The notes under the pieces were generated by a model. The model did no database searches. It was not told the DNA's origin and saw nothing but the letters and a program-made list of their open reading frames with translations. A DNA stretch of 63,708 bases, the filler included, from Saprolegnia diclina VS20 (lineage: Eukaryota): the NCBI RefSeq assembly GCF_000281045.1. It is 8 parts of one record of this genome, joined end to end, with 100 filler letters (N's around TTAATTAATTAA, not from the genome) between each part and the next. Parts side by side here need not be neighbours in the genome. Positions count along the whole stretch, not along the records: positions 1 to 23,210 come from NW_008246069.1; 7 more parts are not named here. The stretch is one strand, 5' to 3'. The position numbers were made by a program, and so were the translations under genes. Of the stretch, positions 1 through 10,590 are shown piece after piece; positions within the stretch are counted from its first letter, which is position 1, and each line of letters starts with the position of its first letter.

Positions 1-1001
1 GGGACGACATCGGATCTCGATGCTGTGGTTTTGTGGTCGAGGTACATATTTGCACAACTCAGACTCGGTGGCGATCTTTGTCAAGCATCGACTGATAATA
101 CAGACGACGCAACACTCACGAGTGCTTCAGCATACCCAAGGCAGACGGGGCTGAGCAGCACGTTGGGACGGATGACCAGATTCAGTGTCATTGCCAGTCG
201 ACCACAACCGCGACGACCGCACTCAATAACCAATCTACGGTACAGTATCTGGTGCCTTAGCTAAGACGCGATAGAATGCTCAGTGGATTACATTTGACGG
301 CACCGGAAGTAGAAACCCTAGACCCTATACCTGGGGTCTCCGTAGTCGTTTCGTTTGGCGTTTTCCAAGACTTTCGCGTCGGTGGTTCAAGCTGTCCATT
401 GCAGTGTGTATGCACCCAGCTCCGAGAGTTATACCGTGGACTCCTATCGGAGCCGTAAGCACGTAGTGGGATCTTGGCGAAAAACAGCCGCACAGCTCAC
501 AGCCGCCTACAGACGATCCATTGATCGAGGTCGTGGCTCGCTTTTCGCATCAGATATAATGCAGCCAAAGTGAGCCGTATTTCTCAAGTCCCGAGATAGC
601 ACTACAGTCATTTAACGACGGACGATGTTACTTAGTGAACCCGATGCAGCCACAACCCCACTGCATACATCCTGATACGCACCCGCTGTCTTTGTGGTAG
701 CATCCCGTTTGTGACCCGATCTCTTGGGATCGCCAACCTGTGGAACTGAATTAATCTGGTCAATCTGAAAAATCGGCCGACAACTACCAGAGGTCTGGTT
801 GCAACGACATTTGACGCTCGTTGCGTGTGGCATGTGCACACTTTTGTCTGGCGCAAAATGACACAACGACGTTGCAACGGCGCGTTGACAAAAATGGGGT
901 TGTCTACTACATGACAACATTGTGCCCAAACTAAATCCTACCGCGCATCAACTCGTAGCTTAGATGAGCACGGGGTTTTCGAATTCAGTTTGGGGCGCGA
1001 G

Positions 1002-2098
1002 TCAATTGGTGGTCGACGGCGACTCGGCAATGTGCTTGAGGATCTTGACTTCTTGCTCGCGCGCTTGGAGGATCGACACGACCGACGCCTTCATGGACGC
1101 ATTCTCGAGCGCGAGCTTCTCGGCACGGACTTGCATGCGCGATTGCGCTTTCTCCAAGGTCGTCAGAAGCGACGCCGTGCGCTACACCATGATGAGCTAG
1201 ACGCTCGCACCGTCCAGAGGTACGTACCTGGTACTCTTGCTCGAGCGCCGAGAGACCGCGCATGAGTTCGTCTTCGGCTTCGCGAATGAGCTCGAGGCTG
1301 ACCACGCTAGGAACAAGTCGGATCAGTGCCAGTCGCAAGACGATGGCGAGCGAAGGTTTGCGTCGTACTGTGTGCGGAGCGACTGCAGCGTCGTAGCCCA
1401 ATTCTACACAACGAGGCTCAGATTGATACGATGGCGATGCATCAATGTACCGTGTCGTCCGTGCGAACGGTGAAGCCCAAGTCTGTCTGTCGCAAGTGTG
1501 AGCTTCCGGGAGCTGCGAGGGCCGTGATGGGCCGTACCATCTTTTGCTTCTTGGCCATGGCCTGGATGTGTTTTCGGCTCGCGCGGTGCTGTGCCATGTT
1601 GTCCTCGTTGTCCTTCTGCGACCGCAGCAGCCGCTTCCCGCACTCGCACATGAAGAACTCCGAGTCGCTGTTCGAGAGCGCTTCGGCGTGGCGCTTGCTG
1701 GCCTTGTGGCGCGCAATGTTGTACTCGTTGGCGTTGACGATTTGCTTGCCGCACTCGCACACGAAGAGGTTGTTGAGCTGCGACGCCTTGAAGGCCATCT
1801 TCGGGTCCAGCGCGCTCGTGTCGTCCTGCATGAGCGCCTGCTCGTACTCGCGCGAGAGCGCGGCCTGGTGCGCTTGGTGCTGGTGATGGGCTTGCGCGGC
1901 CTGGTGGTGGTGCACGGCCTGCTGCTGTTGCTGCTGCTGCTGCGGGTGGTCCATGCCGGGATTTGCCGCCTTGGTCGTGTTGGGTAGGTAGGTCGTCTCC
2001 CAACTGCTGGGTCCAAGGGGGGGAAGGTTCTCCATCCAAAGCCACGACTCGAAATCTGACTTGGTTTTACTATGGTCTTCCCGCAGCCACTCGATCAA
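1002..2098 (-). CDS. Multi-exon polyQ/polyH protein with two CxC-type C2H2 zinc fingers and a C-terminal coiled coil (putative transcriptional regulator)
   Basis: ORF 1442..2098 has a Q/H-rich tract and two fingers, CECGKQIVNANEYNIARHKASKRH and CECGKRLLRSQKDNEDNMAQHRASRKH. GT-AG introns near 1404-1450 and 1183-1228 link it to a coiled-coil exon (RTASLLTTLEKAQSRMQVRAEKLALEN...STTN*) with its stop at 1002. The middle splice is unresolved. Confidence 0.6.
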
Positions 2099-2814
2099 GT
2101 ACGCAAATTCTCGCTAAAGTACGGTGTCAGTTTTATTCCCCCTCTGCCATCGCTTTTACTGGCCCAAAGCCCCCACCATACAAATACCAAGTGACAGGGG
2201 TGGAGGCCCATCGTTTTCTCACCGTCGATTTTAAAAAACCGACGCCATCCTCCCCTCGCTGTCTCTTTCCCCCACCACTCTCGGACACGACTAAGTGCGG
2301 TGTCGCAGCCGAAGAAACATACAAACATCCAGCTAGATCAAATCGCACTTGAGGGAGTGCGTGGCGTCAGCACCCGCTCAGATCGCACCTTGTACATAAA
2401 ACGTGGTGCGTTAAACATCCTGGACACTCCGGTTAGCTCCATCACGAGCCGCTCCGTCCCCCGAGAAGGCAATAGCCAACACCTCTGATACCAGCCATAC
2501 CAATCTCGCCATAACGTTAGCGTGCGCCTGACAACGTCTACCAAAGTCGATCCCGTACGAGAACTCGTGGCAAAAACTCTGGTCCACTGAACAGCTCGCT
2601 ACCATTATTTGCAGCCAAGCGAGGATCAGCGATGCTATATTAGCGCCTACATCGCGTTCTATCGTATCCACGCGAGTAGTCTGGTTGACTATGCACGCTG
2701 TGCTTGCTTGTGTTGGAGGCTATCGGACGAGGCTGTCCACATGGCCTGAAATTCAACTTGGGCGTTCAACGCATGCGTTAAACCCCGCTAAAGTGCGTGG
2801 CTTCGAAATTCCAG

Positions 2815-2880
2815 CCAATCAGCAGGTGCCATGGGATCTTAGTCGGTGTGGGGCTCGGAGTCGCATTGCTCAAGTTTCGC
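2815..2880 (+). promoter_or_regulatory. CCAAT box plus Inr/FPR-like element upstream of the cyclophilin gene
   Basis: AGCCAATC at 2813-2820 and GCATTGCTCAAGTTT just before the ATG at 2882. Both resemble known oomycete core promoter elements. Confidence 0.45.
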
Positions 2881-2881
2881 C

Positions 2882-3493
2882 ATGTCGCTCAAGCTCTTGA
2901 CGCTCGTGGCGCTCGCGCTCGTGGGCATGGCCGTCGGTGCCAAATCGCCCAAGATCACCAACCAAGTGTACTTTGACATCAAGATCGGCAACCGCGATGC
3001 GGGCCGCGTCGTCATGGGCCTCTACGGCAAGACGACGCCCAAGACGGTCGAGAACTTCCGCGCGCTCTGCACGGGCGAGAAGGGCACGGGCACGAAGGGC
3101 AAGCCGCTGTGGTACAAGGACAGCGCGTTCCACCGCATCATCCCGGACTTTATGATCCAAGGCGGCGACTTTACGCATGGCACGGGCACCGGCGGCGAGT
3201 CGATCTACGGCGACCGCTTTGACGACGAGAACTTTAAGCTCAAGCACGAAGGCCCGGGCACGCTCTCGATGGCCAACGCCGGCCCCAACAGCAACGGGTC
3301 GCAGTTCTTCATCTGCACGGTCAAGACCTCGTGGTTGGACGGCCGCCATGTCGTGTTTGGCCGCGTCATCAGCGGCATGGACGTGGTCAAGGCCGTCGAG
3401 AAGATCGGGTCGGGCTCGGGCACGCCGTCGGAGCGCGTGACGATCGCCAACTCGGGCGAGCTCCTCGGCGACGACCTCCTCGCTATCGAGTAA
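2882..3493 (+). CDS. Cyclophilin-type peptidyl-prolyl cis-trans isomerase with signal peptide (cyclophilin B-like)
   Basis: Hydrophobic leader [20 protein letters not shown], then canonical motifs [39 protein letters not shown] and [10 protein letters not shown]. Intronless; ATG at 2882. Confidence 0.97.
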   Translation: MSLKLLTLVALALVGMAVGAKSPKITNQVYFDIKIGNRDAGRVVMGLYGKTTPKTVENFRALCTGEKGTGTKGKPLWYKDSAFHRIIPDFMIQGGDFTHGTGTGGESIYGDRFDDENFKLKHEGPGTLSMANAGPNSNGSQFFICTVKTSWLDGRHVVFGRVISGMDVVKAVEKIGSGSGTPSERVTIANSGELLGDDLLAIE

Positions 3494-3608
3494 GCAATGC
3501 ATTTGCCCATACTCCTCACTTTTGAACACGATTTCGATTTGTGCCATCGATGCTTTCCTCCTTCACGGCAAACAGCCTGAAACAACACAGCGTGCATGGA
3601 TTCGGGAC

Positions 3609-5300
3609 TTAGTGGTCCGCCGTCTTCTTGGGCTTGGCCGCCGCGTCGCCGTAGGTCTCGAGGAGCTTGCGCCGGCGCTCTTCGGCCTCGCGCGACATGC
3701 GCACCGGCGCTTGTGGCGTCGGGATGTTGGTCTCCTTTGGCTTCTCGAGCTCGACAAACTCGTATTCCTTCTTCGCCGGGCTGCGCGACCGCTTCCGAGT
3801 CGTGAACCGGTCTTGCTTGAGCGTGAGCGACCCCTTGTAGCTCGCTGGGCGCGCTGCATAGTCCTTTCCGACCGCCTCGGCCTTGCGGCGTTCCTTGCGC
3901 CGGACTTCTTCCATGAGGTCCTCGGTCAAGCTCTTGTCATCCCTACTTTGCATGAGCAATCACAATCGCATCTGGAAGCAATGTACTTGGGGCGACGGTC
4001 GCGGCTGCGACTGCGACTGCGGCTACGACGACGACGGTCGTACGACGGCGACCGGCGACGGGAACGGCGATCTCGGGACGCCGACCGACGCCGCCGACGG
4101 TCCCGCGACCGCGACCGGGATCGCGACCGCTGCGGCGGCCGGGGCGCTTCAAACTCAATGTCACCAAGCCCGACCTTCTCCGTGTTGCCATACTGCGGGA
4201 ACGTGACCCAGTACACGTGGTTGGCCTCGTCCGCCTCGTCAATCACCGCGTCGTACATCTAGTTGCCAGTGTGAACACTCGCAGACAAGGACCATGGGCT
4301 ACCGCAGGCTCATTCTCGTCGTCCGCATACAGCGCGCGCACCTTGGTGCCCTTGACGAGCAGCTCAGCGACCGCGAGGTTGGCGGCCGCGCGCTCCTTCT
4401 TCTTGTCGTGCAGCAGCAGCTTGATCTTGATGCCATCGAGGATCTTCTTGGGGATGCGCGGAAGAATCGTACCAAAGTAGTTAATCTCTTCGAGCAGCGT
4501 GCGCAGCCAGGCTCCGGTCGTCCTAGGAAGCGTCATGAGCTCAAGGACGCGCCTGCAACCGGCCGTACGTGACGATCTTGTCGTTGGCCGACGCGTTAAA
4601 CTCCTCGGCGTCGTCCAAGTACGGCTCGAACCACGACCAGAGCTCTTCGGGATCCATCGTGTAGCGCAGGTAGAGGAACCCGACGCAGCGAATGTACGGC
4701 GAGTCCTATCGCGCGGTGAGGCCAGCTCGAGGAGAGAGTGGCGTACGACGTGCTTGAGAAGGCCTTGCATCTGGTTCTGCGTCAAGCGCATGGTGCAAAA
4801 CTTGAGGAGAAGACAAAAGCACGACGAGGGAATGCGCGCGGTGCCGGGCGAGAGCGGCTCTAGCATGCACATGAGCTCGGTGACGCAGCGGATGATGCAT
4901 GTACCTGCGTGGTCGACGCGGTAGTAGATCTCGTCGACGACTTCATGGTACGTCTTGAGCGCGCTAGGTAAACAGGCGTGAGTGCCGGTGCGAGGAGGCA
5001 AGGAGGTACGACGCACTAGAGCTGGCCAAAGTAGACCGATTGCATGATGTTGTCGAAGAGCATCTTGTTGAGATTGTACGTCGTCGCATTACCATGCCTA
5101 CGCGGGCCATGAGCACCAGAAGAGGTGGCAGGACGAAGCATGTACACGGGCAGCTCGTTCTCCTTGGCACGGCGCTCTGCGTACTCGCCCTCCATGTAGG
5201 CAGCATGCTGCACTTGCTGGGCCATGGCGTACGCATGGGCCGCATAGTTCATCGGCGGCGCCGGCTGGGCGTCGTGGCGGGTGAGCGCGCTCCGTGACAT
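3609..5300 (-). CDS. PRPF38B: PRP38 family (PRPF38B-like) pre-mRNA splicing factor with Tudor-like domain and RS-rich tail, multi-exon
   Basis: Spliced exons give GNATTYNLNKMLFDNIMQSVYF, LKTYHEVVDEIYYRVDH, CFCLLLKFCTMRLT, DSPYIRCVGFLYLRY and YFGTILPRIP (PRP38 domain). These are followed by KGTKVRALY...YDAVIDE...YWVTFPQYGNTEKV and SR dipeptide repeats. Confidence 0.9.
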
Positions 5301-5891
5301 CCCGCTTCCTTCGCCGTTGGTTTTGTGCACGGACCACGTACCGTTAAATAACGCGGAATAGGCTCGATTGCGTTAAATAACAAAACGGGCTCGATACCGC
5401 AACCGAGATCGAGATCACCATCGTCCTGCTAAAGAGCCACATTAGCGATGCCACTTCTGAGCCGCGATCCATGCCGCTGCCTGCAGACACATATTGTCGG
5501 GTCTCTATGTCTCTATCGGCAGCCTTTGGTCAACACTGTGCCATCAACATGTCAACTCAAAGGGTGGCTTCCGCAAGATGATGCTCACGTTACGAGTCGA
5601 CTACATTCCTTGTCCGTACAAGGCCCTCACACAGGCTGCCGCCCAGTCATTCTACTGACCTTCTACTGTGCTTATACTGCGCGGTGCTCTTCGTGCTTGG
5701 CGTGCTCGATCCTCACGGCTGCGAAAAATGGCGCGAGGATCCGGTTGTTTATCCGGTCATCGAGCTGCCATGTGGTGGCGTCCCGTGCCATTCATGGCCC
5801 ATCGAGATTGCCTTTTGCTCGCTGCATGTATCACGCAGTCGCTCATCGGTCCTATCTTCCGCGCGCTCTTCTCACATCGCTAGTATCGAAA

Positions 5892-7007
5892 ATGTCTTCG
5901 TCGACCTCGGTCCGTGACCGCGCCGCTGCGCGCGGCTGGAAGCTCTACAACGATCTGCAGCAGCCCAAGACGATCTTGGCGCCGATGGTCGACCAGAGCG
6001 AGCTCGCGTACCGCATGCTCGTGCGCAAGTACGGCGTCGACGTCTGCTACACGCCGATGATCCACGCGCGCATGTTCCGGGACGACGCCACGTACCGGGC
6101 GACCGCGTGGCAAGTGGTGCAAGAGGATCGGCCGCTCTTCGTGCAGTTTTGCGGCAACGACCCGGCGACCGTGCTCGAAGCCGCCAAGCACGTCCAGGAC
6201 GGCTGCGACGCTGTCGACCTCAACCTCGGGTGCCCGCAGGGCATTGCGCGCAAGGGTCGGTACGGCGCCTTCCTCATGCACGAACCCGAGGTCGTGCGCG
6301 AGATCGTCTCGACGCTCAGTCGCGAGCTGAGCGTGCCCGTCTCGTGCAAGATCCGCCTCTTGCCCAACTACGACGACACGCTGGCTTTTTGCAACATGCT
6401 CGTCGACGCGGGTTGCTGCTGGCTCGTCATCCACGGCCGCACAAAGGAGATGAACAAGCAGCTCGTCCGCGAGTGCGACTGGGAGAGCATCAAGCGCCTC
6501 CGGAAGGAGCTCCCGATCCCTGTGTTTGCGAACGGCGGTATCGAGACCGACGACGATGTTGCGGCCTGCCTTGCTGCGACCGAAGCCGAGGGCGTCATGA
6601 GCTCGGAAGGCATCCTCGAGTACCCGGCGCTCTTCACGGGCAACAAGGACCCAATGACCGGTGAGAACGTGTCGCAGATCGACCTCGCTCTCGAGTACAT
6701 GGACTGGGCGGCCAAGTTTCCGCCGCCCGAGAAATTCCTGCGCGCCCACTTGTTCAAGATGCTCTTCCAGGAGCTCAAGGTGTTTACGGACCTCCGCGAG
6801 GCCATTGGTCAGGGCCAGACCCACGCCGAGCTACTCGCGATCGTCGTCGAGATGAAGGCGCGCTTGGAGGCGCCGGACGCACCTTTGATTCCGTACTCGA
6901 CCAACGACTCGTGGTACCGGCGCCACCGCAAGCAGGCGGCTGAGCTCGACAAGGAGCCCGACATGGACAAGTGCCTCGACTCGGGCTTTGGTCTCCTCTT
7001 TGGCTAA
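5892..7007 (+). CDS. DUS1: tRNA-dihydrouridine synthase (Dus1-like)
   Basis: Motifs LAPMVDQSELAYRML, YTPMIHA, DRPLFVQFCGND, DLNLGCPQGIARKGRYGAFL, VSCKIR, IHGRT and ANGGI. Likely ATG at 5892 rather than the ORF start at 5448. Confidence 0.95.
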   Translation: MSSSTSVRDRAAARGWKLYNDLQQPKTILAPMVDQSELAYRMLVRKYGVDVCYTPMIHARMFRDDATYRATAWQVVQEDRPLFVQFCGNDPATVLEAAKHVQDGCDAVDLNLGCPQGIARKGRYGAFLMHEPEVVREIVSTLSRELSVPVSCKIRLLPNYDDTLAFCNMLVDAGCCWLVIHGRTKEMNKQLVRECDWESIKRLRKELPIPVFANGGIETDDDVAACLAATEAEGVMSSEGILEYPALFTGNKDPMTGENVSQIDLALEYMDWAAKFPPPEKFLRAHLFKMLFQELKVFTDLREAIGQGQTHAELLAIVVEMKARLEAPDAPLIPYSTNDSWYRRHRKQAAELDKEPDMDKCLDSGFGLLFG

Positions 7008-7092
7008 TTTCACCAAGTATATCTAGTGCTTGTTGTTGTTGTTGCGTGTGTTTAGACAAAGAGTATCGACGCTGTGTACATCACAAGTCTTA

Positions 7093-8744
7093 TCATTTGC
7101 GGTCCGAGGCAAGCAACGCGGGCATGCCCATATCGAGACGGGTCGTCGCGAGACCGTTGGACAGCGGCGCGTCATTTTCGTAGTTCATAAAATGCTGGTT
7201 GCTCCGGAATTCGAGGAAGAGCGTAAAGAGCACGTGGAGCGACTCGTACACATTCTTGTAGACCGGAACGTCCAGAATGGCGCAAATGATGCGCGTGAAC
7301 TGCTCCAACGAGACGTTGAGGTCGGCGTTCGGGAGCTGCATCGTGGACAAGAGCTCTTCGAACTCGTCGGGCCACACCTAACCATCACGATTCATGTCCA
7401 TAAATTCAGAGGCAATTCTTGTACCTGCATGAGCGTCTCAATGTCCGGCATGCTTTTGGAGTAGTGCACTTGCGGGGGCGGCTTGGTGCGGTGGAGGTCG
7501 CCGATGCTTTTGATCCACCGGTCGATCTCCTTGACGTTCTTCTCGGCATTCTCGATGCTTCGGACGACAATGTCGCCGTGCTTCTTCTTGGACGTCGCGC
7601 GCAGCTGCAGGTCCAGGACCGTGGCGTCGCTCTGCGCAATGCTCGGCTCGTCGAGGACCTTGAGCCCGAGGTTGTCGGCCTCTTTGTCGGGGCGCGGAAT
7701 CTTGAGGAACGTGTCCATCTCGCCGATCGCGGGGATGTACTCGGGCACGAAGCACTTGAGGCGCGTCTCGAGCTCGATTTCTTGGGCTTTGAACCGCCCA
7801 ATGTACTGGAAGAGCTCCTTGATGTCCTGCGTCACCTTGAGGTGGGCAAAGTCGCTCTCCTTGTATGCACCCGGCACGTTGATGGACGCTGCCGACGGTG
7901 CGGTGGCCGATTCCGACGCGGCCGCGTGCTCTTCTTCTTCCTCCTCCTCCTCCTCTTCGTCTTCGTCTTCTTCTTCGTCCGAGCCGGACCCTTCCGACGA
8001 GCTCTCGTCGGCTTTCTTTTTGAGATCGTTCTTGGACGAGTGCGGCGTCTTGGTCGCAGTGGGCTTGGGCGCTTCGTTGGCCACTTTCTCCTCGGCCGCC
8101 GCGACCTTGTCCGTGGCCGACTTGGGCATCGTTTGGAGCGGCTGGTTCATCGACAGTCGCTTCTCCAGCTTGGGTTTCTCGGGCGACGGCGCGCCGGACG
8201 TGTCGACGCTCGCCTCCGAGTCGCTCAAGTCGATTTGCTCGTCGAATGGCTTGTTCTTGACTTCGCCGCCATCGCTGTTGGCTGCTGCGGGTGCTTTGGC
8301 TGCCGCTTTGGTTGGCGGCTCCTTGCGCTCTTTCGGTGCTGGGCGCTCGGACGCCTTGTCGTCTCGTCGATCGGCCGCTTCCTTCTTGGGCGGGTCCTTG
8401 GGCATACTGCTTTCAATGTCGTGGCTGCCCGAGAGGTCTAAAGCTTCGTCGAATGGCTGGTTCTTGAGCTGCTTGACATCCTTGCCCTTCTTGGGCGAAT
8501 TGGGGTCGTTGACGCTCTCGCTGTCGCTCACATCGAGGGCGGCGTCAAAGGGCTGGTTCTGCAGCGCCCGCTCCTTGCCGCCACTTGCGTCCTTGGGCTT
8601 GGCCTTGGGCTTGGCCTCCTTCTTGGACTCTTGCTCGTCGTCGTCTTCGTCCGAGTCTTCCTCGTCGCTGCCCGACTCGCTGCCCGAGACTTCTTCCTCT
8701 TCCTCGCTCCCGCTGAGCTCCTCGTCGTCCGACTTGCCAGGCAT
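7093..8744 (-). CDS. IFT46: Intraflagellar transport protein 46 (IFT-B), two exons, long acidic N-terminus
   Basis: ELFQYIGRFKAQEIELETRLKCFVPEYIPAIGEMDTFLKIPRPD, LGLKVLDEPSIAQSD, MPDIETLMQ|VWP and SLHVLFTLFLEF are IFT46 C-domain hallmarks. Intron 7378..7424 (GT..AG, 47 nt). Confidence 0.95.
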
Positions 8745-8942
8745 CGCCAAAATAAAGATTTGTGCCCTTTGGCTCCAAAGGTCGGGGTACTTGCGTTTTG
8801 TATTGGCATACAAACATCACGCTAATGACTACGCGCACGCCACCTTAGCCGCCCCACCACCACGGCACCATCCACAGTGCGTCGTGTGTGCATCGGGCAC
8901 CAACGTTCCAAATAAGCAGACGTCGTGTTGAGCATTTGGCAT

Positions 8943-10218
8943 TTATGCGTGCTTGGTCGGTCGGCGCTTGGCCTTGCTTTGGGATTTGACCGACTCGCCA
9001 GCAACAATGTCGGTGGACTTGAACTTGGCCTCGAGCTGCTCGACTTGGTGGTGAAGGAAGCGAACGACGTCGTCGAGGTCGTCGGTAAAGCCGAGAACGA
9101 TCGCGACACCAGAGGCATCGTCAATCACGTGCTTGTGCAGGTTCGGGTCTTCGGTCAAAATGAGCACAACGCGATTCCAGATCAAGTTGTGCAGGCGGAG
9201 CTCCATGAAGTTGCGCAAGAGGACTTCGCCAAGCCAGTTAAACGCTCGCTCTTGCTACACACATTGTTAGTCGATACCACATGTCAGCAAGATCGTACGT
9301 CGGCGGTAGCAATGTCGTCAACGTGCACGCGCTTGAGAAGATCGAGGAGCACGCGATGGCGCTGGACTACACATCATGACGAAGGCGCGTCATCGCGGCC
9401 AAATCCAAATGGGAATGTACCGTCGGCTTCAAAGCCCGTCGTGTGCTTGAACACAATGTTGCGTTCGCGCGTGAGCATTTTGCGGAATTTCTTCTCAATG
9501 TCTTCGGCCTCGCTACGGTCCAAATGTTCAAAAATCGGAAAAATTCAACATTGGTACCGGGCACTGCCGTCGCCGACGGCGTTGGTCTCGGTCAAATCTT
9601 CGTCCTAACACAAATATATAAGCTACAGGACAACCAAAAGTCGAGAACTACCCAAGGAATGAGCTCGCCGTTGGCGTGCTGCGAGACAACGGGGATGTCG
9701 GCTTGGTGAAAGAGGCTCGAGAGCACCGAATTGGTGTACTTTCGCCACAGCATGGCAGTCTTGTCGAGGATGTTGGCACCGAGCGGCGAGAGCGACTGCA
9801 GTGTCATGTCGTAGAGCTCGGGCGGGATGACCACCTTTTCGCGAATGTGCAAGTAGGCTTGGCCGTCGACGTCGACGAGCGGCTTGGTGTGGCGCTTGAC
9901 GAGCTTCTTGGGCACGGGCACGTGAAAGTCAAAGGCAAAGCTCCGCGTGGCCAAGAGGTCGTTGGTCATGTTGCCGTTGCAGCCGGCGCCGGCCATGTCC
10001 AAGAACGCGTTGAGGTGCTTGAGCGCGTCTTCATTCTGGTCCTTGATGGATTCGTGCACGTCCTTGAGACCGCGCCGGTCGAACTGAAGCACGTCCGGAT
10101 GCACCTGCAGCAAGAAGGAAGAAGCCACGAGCTTGAGGTTGATGGGCTTCATCGAGAGCTTGGCGCTGGACGCGAAGCCGCGGACGAGCATTCGACGTGC
10201 GAGCGCGGTCCCGATCAT
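8943..10218 (-). CDS. Mitochondrial-targeted DUF4460 (TCAIM-like, J-domain-like HPD) protein, multi-exon
   Basis: Presequence-like MIGTALARRMLVRGFASS, then FLLQVHPDVLQF...NEDALKHLNAFLD, which resembles the DUF4460 FYxxVHPD...NExSLK motif. Downstream exons run to the stop at 8943. Confidence 0.65.
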
Positions 10219-10590
10219 GCTTTAGAGTTTTGAATGGCACCGATGCTGTGATTGGACCGATTGCAAAAATGGGCAATACTGGTTTTACCCAGCTACGATA
10301 GGATTGGCTATAAATGGACAAATCACAGCTCATTTCGTCACGAGCAGGATGGTTCACGGGTCAGACGTGGGCGAGAACAAGAGGTGACACGACACGGCGT
10401 CACCCGACCGCTTTTCGCACTCTTGTTAGACAAATGAGTTGCGAACGTGGCAAGAGGACAATAGTGCAACCGTGCGATCGAGGATGTGGAAAACCGACTT
10501 TTTATCGCATTTTAGCCAATCACAGCGCGTGGAACACCGGCCGTGGGACAAACACCGTCGAGCAGATCTCGGATTCCGGGTTGTGACGAG

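Noticed and set aside
5448..5891. 148-aa N-terminal extension of DUS1
   Set aside because: Composition is not gene-like and homology begins after the ATG at 5892; most likely an open 5' intergenic frame.
7419..8931. Long plus-strand ORFs (340 and 482 aa) opposite IFT46, and similar antisense ORFs over other genes
   Set aside because: Shadow ORFs caused by high GC3 codon bias; low-complexity translations with no recognisable motifs.
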